Positions 50,658-58,252 of a stretch of DNA of 64,000 nt are shown one piece after another (the stretch's first letter is position 1; every line of letters starts with the position of its first letter). Under the pieces are notes generated by a model. The model searched no databases. It was not told where the DNA came from and saw only the letters and a program-made list of their open reading frames with translations. The stretch covers positions 6,254-70,253 of the forward strand of contig JAVJTD010000079.1 of assembly GCA_040219065.1 (NCBI GenBank), given 5' to 3'. The stretch is from Planctomycetota bacterium (GTDB lineage Bacteria; Planctomycetota; OFTM77). Both the position numbers and the translations under genes were made by a program.

Positions 50658-50949
50658 GGGTTTTAGCCCTGACGTAAACGCTGAAGACAGAAAGACTTAA
50701 AGACCACCAACCAAGCGAGCCTCGACGGGGAATTTCCCCCGCTCCAGAGTCGCCGATTGCGAAATATCCCCCACGCCCTCCGGCGCCTGCGACAAGGGCG
50801 CGACAGCCGCAAAACCCCTCGATGCAACGCTCTACGCCAATTGGCGAAGAACCGGGCGCTCGGTCGATCCGCCAGCGGTATCAAACGGGATGCCGACGAT
50901 GAAAGGCGATCGTCGGCGTGACGCCGGTCAGTTGAGAAACCAAGCCCGA

Positions 50950-51190
50950 GTCCAATGGAGTGCCCAAGTCGAGCGAGACGGAGACCGAGTCTCTCGACGA
51001 GAACCCGCGCAGGCGAGCTTGGGCCGGAGCGCTTCGTTGCGACCAGACAGCGTACTCCGGGTGGCCCTCTTGCTCGGCGCCTCCTGGCTCGTTCGTCGCC
51101 GACGTCGAGGAAGCCGCTCCACGTTCCACAACCGCTCCCGTCTCGGTCGCGCGGGCTCTGGTTTCTTCGACCCGAAAGGCCAGCCACTCG
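50950..51190 (+). repeat. Modular ~245-bp intergenic repeat, copy B (full length)
   Basis: See copy A. Contains GTCCAATGGAGTGCCCAAGTCGAGCGAG...GCGAGCTTGGGCCGG...CTTGCTCGGCGCC...GTCGAGGAAGCC...TCGGTCGCGCGGGCTCTGGTT. Confidence 0.85.
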
Positions 51191-51275
51191 TCAGCCCAGG
51201 GCAACGCCCGGGGAAATCGGGCCACTCCCGAATCCGGAAGCCCAAGCCTGCAAGGCTTGCATTCGTTCTCGTGTG

Positions 51276-51340
51276 TCGGCCGCTGCGAGGCCCGCTGCGG
51301 GCAGGATGCCCGCGCACCCGGTGAAGCCGGCGGTCCGAAC
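51276..51340. repeat. REP-like element with hairpin GCGGGCA-GGA-TGCCCGC
   Basis: TCGGCCGCTGCGAGGCCCGCTGCGGGCAGGATGCCCGCGCACCCGGTGAAGCCGGCGGTCCGAAC. The tail GAAGCCGGCGGTCCGAA recurs at 24263-24279. Confidence 0.8.
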
Positions 51341-51349
51341 GACGACAGG

Positions 51350-51378
51350 TTCCCCCTCGGCGCCTCTCCACTTACAAT
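51350..51378 (+). promoter_or_regulatory. Candidate promoter TTCCCC-N17-TACAATGGCGC, 39 nt upstream of the 887-aa gene
   Basis: Read directly from the sequence. The same architecture occurs at 57257-57285. Confidence 0.4.
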
Positions 51379-51417
51379 GGCGCTCCTGCCTGCAACCTCT
51401 CTCCAATTGGCAACTCC

Positions 51418-54081
51418 ATGCTCTCCCCTATCCTGCTGGCCCTGACCTGCTTTGCCGCTCAGGATGATCGCGTCGTCGACTGGCTGCGCTTCGGCGAGGA
51501 TCGCATCGAGATCCTCGAGACCGGCGAGCTCGGACGACGCTATGTCGGTGAGCCCGAGACCGAGGTGAGCCGACTCCTCGAGCGGGCCGCGGCGTTCGAG
51601 AGGGCCGAGCGGGCGCTCGGGCGAGAGATCCCCGAATGGCGTGTCGTGCTGCTGCTCGTGAAGCACCTCGATGCGGACACCGGCGATCACACGCAGCCTT
51701 CCATCCGCGTCTCGATGAGCGAGGTGGAGCAACTCCACTGCCTCGAGTCCTTCCTCGCCTTCGTCGACCTCGCCCACGCCGCGACCCAGGGCCGCGTCAA
51801 GATCCGCTACGAAGTGGTGATCGCCGAGCGGCCGATCCGTGTCCCCGCCGATGAGCCGATCAGTTGGCTGCCCGAATCGGGGCAGGAGGTCGTCGACTTC
51901 CTCTCGCCAGGCGACACCGACAGCGTCATCGCCTACTTCAAGCCAGGCACGCTGCCGATCCGGCAATGGGGCGCGACGAAGGGCGGCGACTTCGGCCCGG
52001 GTGGCGCCGCGATCTCCAGCCTGGCGCTGGTTCCAGAGCGAGAGAAGAGCGAGCCCGACGCCCTCGCCCTCGCCACGCTCCACGAGTGGCTGCACCAGGT
52101 CGAATGGCTCGCCCAAGCCCAGCTCGGCCACGAGGGCTTGCCCGGCTCCCACGACATGGCCGCGAACGGATACAGTTGGTCGCCCGGCAAGAGCTGGCTC
52201 ATCTACCGCGACCTCTTGCGGTTCTATCTGCCGCGCGACTTCTTCGAGCGCGCCTCGATCCGCACCTGGGCCCGGCATCGCGAAGCCGGATTGAAGGCCG
52301 GCGCCAATCCGATGCTGTCGGTGAACCCGGGCCTACCGCCCCAGCCCGAGCGGGTGCAGGTGCCCGAGTACGAAGCCGGCAAGTCATACGACTGGGAAGA
52401 CGTAAGGGACGATCCCTTCGGCAAGCTGCCGCGGCTGGGTGCGGAGTGGTTTCGAGACCAACCGAAGGATTCGATTCCTCAATACACGTGGGATGAACCT
52501 CACGCCATCGTCGTCTCGCTGTTCGCCCAGGGGGGCCGGCCGAGTTGGGAGCGATTGGCACCCACGCTGGATCCGACGCTCCGAGCTCGGATGGCCTCGA
52601 CGTCGGGGCCTCGGTTCGACCTGAGGATGGACTTCCATCACGAGTCCGTCGAAGTGATCGGCGTGGACCGGGGGCAAGGCACGACGTTCCTGGTCCGCCC
52701 CGACATGGCCGACCTGATCCACGCTCGCCTGGCGACGATCTCGGGTGAGCGGCCGCGCGTCGTCGGCACGATCGTACGGGAGCGAAGAGCCATCATCGTC
52801 TTCGAGGGACAGCCGAAACTGGCCCGCAGCCTGCTCTCGATGTTGCGGCATCCGATCCCCGACACCCTCGGTGGCGGCCGTTCGCGATCACTGCTCGCAC
52901 GAGCCGTCGGTCCTGGATACTACGGCGAGGTGATTCGCGGCCGCCCCGTCGAGCTTCGGCTCGAGTGGGCCGATGTCGACTCGGAGGATGTCCCGCCGCT
53001 CGACGTGACATGGTGGCGCCGATGCCCGGAGCCGATGCGGCTGGAAGCGACGCGATTAGGCGACACGTCTTGGTCGATCGAGACCGATGCCGATTCGCCG
53101 CTGGGCACGTGGGTGCTCGCCGCCGAGATCTGCTCCCCGTCGGGTCGCTCGAGCTATCGCCCGCTCTCCTTCGAGTTGACTGATTGGGCATCGATCCGCG
53201 TTCATCCGGATCGCCCTTGGATCGTCGACGGAATGCCGATCGAGGTCCACATCGGTCGCGTCATCGAGGAGATCGAATCCGCTCGCGTGAAGGTGTCACC
53301 GCCAAAGGGGTGGACGACGAGCGATCCGGAGGACATCGACTTCAGCCAGAGGCCGTTTCGCCTCGAACGCGTCTTGGAGCGAGCGGAAGCCGACTTGCAC
53401 ACGCGTTCCGGCGAGCTCGTCGTGACCGTGACCCCCAAGAACGACGCGCCGGCCAGCCGCCTCTCGAAGACGGTGCACTTCGCCGATGGTGCGGGCCGAT
53501 GGTTCGTTCGCGACTTCGAGCGCCGCGGCGAGGAAGCCGAGCTGCTCCCCGAAGAAGGTCGCGACGGGCCCGGTGAGTATTCGATCTCTTGGGAGACGGT
53601 CGACCCGATCTCGGGGGCGCGCTCTCTGAGGATCGATGATGGCGGCGGCTCGCGTTACGGGCGCGTCCAGCTCTTCGGCGACCGCGACGACCCGCTCGTT
53701 CCCATTCAAGATCGCACGCGGCTGCCGGTGTGGCCTGAGACGGTGATCGAGCTCGCGTACCGGGCCGAAGGTCGTCTCGGAGAATTGGCCGTCTCGATGC
53801 GAGTCGACGGCAAGTGGTACTCGGCGCCAGTCACGGAGAACGCTGCCGAGATGGCCGAGGAAGCCGGCCGAGAGATCATCACGCACGTCGAGTCGAGCTA
53901 CCGCGCCGACGGCGCTCGCCACGTGCGCATCGACCTCGGCAAGCAGATCGGCAAGGACGAGTACCCGCGAATGATCGACCGCATCGACTTTGGCGATCCT
54001 CGGCCGCTCATCTCCAACCGCTACCGCGGCGCCCCGTCAGGCGTCATCGTCCTCGACGACTTCGTCGTGCGAGAGGAGTGA
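51418..54081 (+). CDS. 887-aa secreted protein of unknown family with an HExxH motif (putative zinc metallohydrolase N-domain plus beta-rich C-terminal domains)
   Basis: Short signal-like N-terminus MLSPILLALTCFAAQD. ALATLHEWLHQVEWLAQAQLGHEG at ~aa 225. Consistent GC3-rich coding frame over 2.66 kb. The antisense 465-aa ORF is rejected. Confidence 0.7.
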   Translation: MLSPILLALTCFAAQDDRVVDWLRFGEDRIEILETGELGRRYVGEPETEVSRLLERAAAFERAERALGREIPEWRVVLLLVKHLDADTGDHTQPSIRVSMSEVEQLHCLESFLAFVDLAHAATQGRVKIRYEVVIAERPIRVPADEPISWLPESGQEVVDFLSPGDTDSVIAYFKPGTLPIRQWGATKGGDFGPGGAAISSLALVPEREKSEPDALALATLHEWLHQVEWLAQAQLGHEGLPGSHDMAANGYSWSPGKSWLIYRDLLRFYLPRDFFERASIRTWARHREAGLKAGANPMLSVNPGLPPQPERVQVPEYEAGKSYDWEDVRDDPFGKLPRLGAEWFRDQPKDSIPQYTWDEPHAIVVSLFAQGGRPSWERLAPTLDPTLRARMASTSGPRFDLRMDFHHESVEVIGVDRGQGTTFLVRPDMADLIHARLATISGERPRVVGTIVRERRAIIVFEGQPKLARSLLSMLRHPIPDTLGGGRSRSLLARAVGPGYYGEVIRGRPVELRLEWADVDSEDVPPLDVTWWRRCPEPMRLEATRLGDTSWSIETDADSPLGTWVLAAEICSPSGRSSYRPLSFELTDWASIRVHPDRPWIVDGMPIEVHIGRVIEEIESARVKVSPPKGWTTSDPEDIDFSQRPFRLERVLERAEADLHTRSGELVVTVTPKNDAPASRLSKTVHFADGAGRWFVRDFERRGEEAELLPEEGRDGPGEYSISWETVDPISGARSLRIDDGGGSRYGRVQLFGDRDDPLVPIQDRTRLPVWPETVIELAYRAEGRLGELAVSMRVDGKWYSAPVTENAAEMAEEAGREIITHVESSYRADGARHVRIDLGKQIGKDEYPRMIDRIDFGDPRPLISNRYRGAPSGVIVLDDFVVREE

Positions 54082-54165
54082 AGAACAGAGCCCGCGCGAC
54101 CGATACGGAAAGCCGCTTCCTCGACATCGCTGACGATCGAGCCAGAAGGCGCCGAGCAAGGGTGC
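54081..54165 (-). repeat. Modular intergenic repeat, copy D (3-prime module, internal hairpin arm deleted; inverted relative to copy B)
   Basis: GAAGAACAGAGCCCGCGCGACCGATACGGAAAGCCGCTTCCTCGACATCGCTGACGATCGAGCCAGAAGGCGCCGAGCAAGGG aligns with the reverse complement of 51065-51170. It starts on the stop codon of the 887-aa gene. Confidence 0.75.
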
Positions 54166-54221
54166 GGAGCCGCATCGACGAGGAGAGTGTCAAGAACTCG
54201 GAAAGCTACCGAGTTGATCCA

Positions 54222-54309
54222 TGCGGGCGGGACGCCCGCGCTCCCCGTGGTTGCGGCGGGACGCCCGCGCTCCCCGTGGTTGCGGCGGGACGCCCGCGCT
54301 CCCCGTGGT
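54222..54309. repeat. Three tandem 29-30-bp units, each a GCGGGC/GCCCGC hairpin; likely bidirectional terminator between convergent genes
   Basis: TGCGG(G)CGGGACGCCCGCGCTCCCCGTGGT at 54222-54251, 54252-54280 and 54281-54309. Confidence 0.85.
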
Positions 54310-54320
54310 GGCCTGCGCTC

Positions 54321-55394
54321 CTAGTCCCGCCCTTCCAGGCACCTCGTGCGTGCCAGGTCGAGGAGCTTCAGGGTCTCTTCGCCGCGGCCTTCGAGCATGG
54401 CGCTGACGGCTTGTTCGATGAGGTCCGCGACTTCAAGGAGCGGATCATCCTCGTCACCGTGTGACGAGTGGGTCTCGTCCCATTCGTCGAGGGCGGCGAA
54501 GGGATTGTCGGCCAGATCGATCGCGGAACCGAGGGTCGGGAAGGCCTCTTGGTCGTCGACCTCGAAGAGCTCGAGTGGCTCTTCGGAGACCGCGGGATCC
54601 CACAGGGGCTCGGTATCTTGCGGCGCCGCTTGGATCGCCGACTCGAACGGTGACGATGTCAACCCGGTGTCGTGTTGGTACTCGTCCTGACGTCGCGCAT
54701 GCTCGAGGAGGAGGTGCATCCAGTCGCGCTCGATGGTCCGACCAGGGATGCGGATCAACGGGCGAGTGCCGATGTCGCTGGTGCGACTGGCGAGCATTCG
54801 ATGCAGCGCGTCCTCACCGCCGCCTTTTCCATCGACTGCGTGGACGATCTGTCCAGCCTCGAGGAAGATCCGCCCCTCGGGCTTGCCCGGCGCGCGCACG
54901 AGGATCTCGACGGTTTCGTTGGCGGTACAGTAGAGCTGGATGATGTCCCGAAGCTGCAGCCGATAGAGCGCGCCGCGGACGCCGCTCTTCCTTTGCGAGG
55001 CGTTCAACTGCAAGCACCGGCGCACCTGCTCGATGAGCTCGCGCGTCCGGACCGGCTTCTCCAGATAATGGAACGCGCCCAATCCCAACGCCTGTCGCTG
55101 CAGGCGCCGCGTTCCGTAAGCCGTCATGATGATGACCTGGATCTCCGGGCGCTCGACCTTCAGCCGCGACAACAGCTCGAGCCCGCCTTGCCCCGGCATC
55201 CGGATGTCGGAGATGACGACCTCGAGGTCGTGCTCGAGCGCGATCTCGAGCGCCTCCTCTGCGGAGTGGACTCCGCGCGCTTGCCAGCCATCGACCTTGT
55301 TGAGGCTTTGGACCAGGCTTTCGACGAGCACCTCTTCGTCATCGACGATGAGGATCTGGGCGACACGCTGTGAGGTGACGTGCGCAGCGGTCAT
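54321..55394 (-). CDS. Response regulator: REC domain + DUF4388 (PATAN-like) domain + acidic C-terminal tail
   Basis: ILIVDDEEVL...VVISDIRMPGQGGLELL...VIIMTAYG, then LRDIIQLYCTANETVEILVR...GRIFLEAGQIVHAVDG (DUF4388-like). ATG at 55394 overlaps the kinase stop (ATGA). Confidence 0.85.
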   Translation of the reverse strand: MTAAHVTSQRVAQILIVDDEEVLVESLVQSLNKVDGWQARGVHSAEEALEIALEHDLEVVISDIRMPGQGGLELLSRLKVERPEIQVIIMTAYGTRRLQRQALGLGAFHYLEKPVRTRELIEQVRRCLQLNASQRKSGVRGALYRLQLRDIIQLYCTANETVEILVRAPGKPEGRIFLEAGQIVHAVDGKGGGEDALHRMLASRTSDIGTRPLIRIPGRTIERDWMHLLLEHARRQDEYQHDTGLTSSPFESAIQAAPQDTEPLWDPAVSEEPLELFEVDDQEAFPTLGSAIDLADNPFAALDEWDETHSSHGDEDDPLLEVADLIEQAVSAMLEGRGEETLKLLDLARTRCLEGRD

Positions 55395-56458
55395 GGCTGA
55401 GCCTCTCCGGAAGACGTGACGAGTCGTGCAGGGGGTTCGAGCGGCAAGGTGATCCGGACGCACGAGCCGGTCCCCTTGGTGGATTCGAGCTGCAGCTCTC
55501 CATCGAGCTTTTGCAGGAAGCGCTCGGCCACGCACAGCCCCAGCCCGAAGCCGTCGGGCCGCGTGGCGAAGAAGGGCTCGAAGATCTGGCTGAGCTGCTC
55601 GGGCTCGACGCCGATTCCGTCGTCGCGAATCTCGAAGACGAGATACTCGGGACCGTCCCAATCGGCGCGGATCTCGATGGTGCCCCCGGACGGGATCGCA
55701 TCGACGGCATTGATCAGAACGTTCAGGAGCGCGGCTTGGAACACACCGGCATCGAGGCGGCACCTGCACGGACCGAGCGAGCGGTCGAACCGGAGCTCGA
55801 TCCGTCCGGCAGCCTGCTCCCGGACGAGCTCGATGACCTCGTCCACCAATCCCAGGATCTCCACCGGACCATCGATCGAGCGGCCGCGCCCGGCGCTCTC
55901 ACCGAGCAGGTGGATCAAGGACGTCGTCCGCCCCACCTGTCCGAGGAGGATCTTCATGGATGCGGCAAGGGGGGATCCCTCGAGATCGAGCTCGTCGTGG
56001 ACGAGCTCGGCGGTCGAGAGGACGCCGCCCAGGGCATTTTTGATCTCGTGGACCAGACGTCCCATCATCGCACGTCCGCGACCGGCATCGGGCGCGGGAG
56101 CCTCGGCCACGGCTTCGACCAGCTTCGGCAGCTTCACATCGATGAGCTCGCCGCCCAGCAGCTCGGTGTTGGTATCGGCGAGGTCTTGGAGGTGACAGAC
56201 GAGCTGATGGACCTCGGTACCGCGGGCGATGCAGAGCTCGAGAAAATCGGACAGGTCGGGATCGAGCTCTCGCCGGCGGAGGGACTCGGCGCGGGCCATC
56301 ACGACGGCAAAGGCGTTGTTGACGTGATGGGCGATCGTGCCCAGCACATCATGAAACACCTCCGCTTTCCACGCCTCGAGCTGGCGCCCCGAATGGGCGC
56401 TGGCAGGCGTCCCGCGGGCGTCGGCTCCGGGTGGTACCGCACTTTGGCTCGACGTCAT
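55391..56458 (-). CDS. Cytoplasmic sensor histidine kinase (HisKA + HATPase_c) with an additional degenerate DHp-like segment
   Basis: H-box LVHEIKNALGGV, N-box LLNVLINAVDA, G-boxes IRDDGIGV and GFGLGL. There is an upstream H-box-like GTIAHHVNNAFAVV. No TM segments. Confidence 0.85.
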   Translation of the reverse strand: MTSSQSAVPPGADARGTPASAHSGRQLEAWKAEVFHDVLGTIAHHVNNAFAVVMARAESLRRRELDPDLSDFLELCIARGTEVHQLVCHLQDLADTNTELLGGELIDVKLPKLVEAVAEAPAPDAGRGRAMMGRLVHEIKNALGGVLSTAELVHDELDLEGSPLAASMKILLGQVGRTTSLIHLLGESAGRGRSIDGPVEILGLVDEVIELVREQAAGRIELRFDRSLGPCRCRLDAGVFQAALLNVLINAVDAIPSGGTIEIRADWDGPEYLVFEIRDDGIGVEPEQLSQIFEPFFATRPDGFGLGLCVAERFLQKLDGELQLESTKGTGSCVRITLPLEPPARLVTSSGEAQP

Positions 56459-56667
56459 CAGTTCCGGCAAGCTCCACCGAATCCAGGTTCTTCAGGCGAT
56501 CGATCCCCACGACGAGGAGCATGGGGTCCCGATTCCCTATCGGTGAGGCAGCGAAGGGCTCTTGAGGGAAGGGATCCTTGGAAGATCGAGGATCGGCGGG
56601 ATGCAGGGGCGAGGCTCGTGACGAAGCACGAGCGGGATGAAGTCCGGCACTGGAACCAAATGAAACC

Positions 56668-56694
56668 GGGAACGAAGCGCGCGGCTTCGTTCCC
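56668..56694 (-). terminator. Intrinsic terminator of the small lipoprotein gene
   Basis: Perfect 11-bp stem GGGAACGAAGC-N5-GCTTCGTTCCC, followed on the minus strand by GGTTTCATTTGG. A second 10-bp-stem hairpin ATCGGTCACC-GA-GGTGACCGAT lies at 56721-56742. Confidence 0.6.
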
Positions 56695-56777
56695 GGTCGT
56701 GCCCTTTCGGGCCTATTTCGATCGGTCACCGAGGTGACCGATGATCGGCTTCTGAGTGACGAAGCCTTCAGGCAGTG

Positions 56778-56903
56778 TTACTTGCCTTCTTCGCCGCCAC
56801 AGGCAGGCTTGTCACCACCACAGGCCGCGTCATCCTTGCTGCCGCAAGCGAAACCGACACACACCATCACAGCGACGAGAGCAAAAGCGATGAACCGCTT
56901 CAT
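56778..56903 (-). CDS. 41-aa Cys-rich lipoprotein precursor (mature peptide ~22 aa)
   Basis: MKRFIAFALVAVMVCVGFAC|GSKDDAACGGDKPACGGEEGK with lipobox GFAC. AAGGAG lies 7 nt upstream of the ATG and a strong terminator lies downstream. The longer 92-aa track ORF is not supported. Confidence 0.6.
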   Translation of the reverse strand: MKRFIAFALVAVMVCVGFACGSKDDAACGGDKPACGGEEGK

Positions 56904-57256
56904 CTTGAGACTCCTTGAGTGTACGACGCCGACGGACACCGTAAACGGGGCCCGCTGTGAAGACGTCAGGTCTGGATACTTGGATTGCCAGAGGCAGAAA
57001 GGAACGGAAATGAGTGATGCGCCGACATTAAACCAGCGGCGATCGGCGCTTTGCAAAGACTAATTTTTTGGGATTGACACGAAAAACGCCTCGCCCCTCA
57101 CCCCACCGGTCGCGCCGACGAGCCTCCTCGAGATATCCCCTCGACGCGACGCCTCATCGCCCATCGATTTTGGCCCAATTCCGGGCCAGGAGCCGCCACC
57201 GCCCCCGATCGCACCCACCGACATCTCCCGTTCCCGGCTGCCTCCCGGGGCACCGC

Positions 57257-57285
57257 TTCCCCTCGCCGCGGCTCGTCCCTATAAT
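57257..57285 (+). promoter_or_regulatory. Candidate promoter TTCCCC-N17-TATAATGGCGC upstream of the GT2/radical-SAM operon
   Basis: Read directly from the sequence. Paralogous in architecture to 51350-51378. Confidence 0.4.
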
Positions 57286-57493
57286 GGCGCCCTTTCAGTT
57301 TCTGAGCTCCGGGAATCGGGCCTCGAGATCCAGGCTCGCCTCCCCTCTCGATTGACTCGAGAATCCGTGTTCGGCGCCGGAGAGACGGCCTCGCTGGGGC
57401 TGTTTCGTGCCCCGATTGCGGGCGTCGGCGGTCCGGGCGGTCCGCCGCGTGAGTCTCCTCCTTTCCCTCCTGGCCCCCCGAACGCAGGTCTGG

Positions 57494-58252
57494 ATGAACC
57501 CCGCTGACTCCGCAGCTCCCCCTCGCGGAATGGTCGTTTTGCCGACCTACAACGAGCGCGAGAACCTTCCCGAGCTCGTCGAGGCAGTCCTGGCAGCCAG
57601 TCCGGCGTTGTCGATCCTCGTGGTTGATGATGCTTCCCCCGACGGGACCGGGGAGCTCGCCGATCGGCTCGTTGCGCAACATCCCGGCCGCGTCGCGGTC
57701 CTCCACCGGCCCAAGAAGCTCGGGCTGGGGTCCGCTTACATCGACGGCTTCCGCGCCGCCCTCGAGCGCGATGTCGACCTCGTCTTCGAGATGGATGCCG
57801 ACTTCTCCCACTCGCCGAGGCATCTGCCCGAGCTCATGGACGCCATACGCAACGCCGACCTCGTCATCGGCTCGCGCTACGTGCCCGGAGGTGGCATCCG
57901 CCACTGGGGGCTGTTCCGGAGGCTGCTCAGTGCCGGGGGCAACCTTTATGCGCGGTGGATCCTCGGGGTCGCGATCCGCGACTTGACCAGCGGGTTCAAG
58001 TGCTATCGGCGCTCGGTCGTCGAGCTCCTCCAGCGCGGAGACATCCGCTCCAACGGTTACGCCTTCCAGATCGAGACCACCTACCGCACCTTGCTCGCCG
58101 GTTTCCGGGTTCACGAGGTCCCGATCGTCTTCGAGGACCGTCACGTCGGTCAATCGAAGATGTCCAAGGCGATCTTCCTCGAGGCCGTCCGAATGGTGCC
58201 CGCGCTGCGGCTTCGCAAGCGCTCCCTCGTCTCGGCGGAGTGCATGCGATGA
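57494..58252 (+). CDS. GT2 polyprenol-phosphate mannosyl/glycosyl transferase (Dpm1/Ppm1-like)
   Basis: VVLPTYNERENL, LVVDDASPDGT, VFEMDADFSH, IGSRY..GG, GFKCYRR. The start could also be 57407 (GTG) or 57530. Confidence 0.85.
   Translation: MNPADSAAPPRGMVVLPTYNERENLPELVEAVLAASPALSILVVDDASPDGTGELADRLVAQHPGRVAVLHRPKKLGLGSAYIDGFRAALERDVDLVFEMDADFSHSPRHLPELMDAIRNADLVIGSRYVPGGGIRHWGLFRRLLSAGGNLYARWILGVAIRDLTSGFKCYRRSVVELLQRGDIRSNGYAFQIETTYRTLLAGFRVHEVPIVFEDRHVGQSKMSKAIFLEAVRMVPALRLRKRSLVSAECMR

Noticed and set aside
50881-52278. 465-aa minus-strand ORF overlapping the start of the 887-aa gene and the repeat region
   Set aside because: Its C-terminal part translates repeat copy B and the REP element, and the rest is antisense to the better-supported plus-strand gene. 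It has no motifs.
55511-56737. 408-aa plus-strand ORF
   Set aside because: Antisense to the histidine kinase gene.
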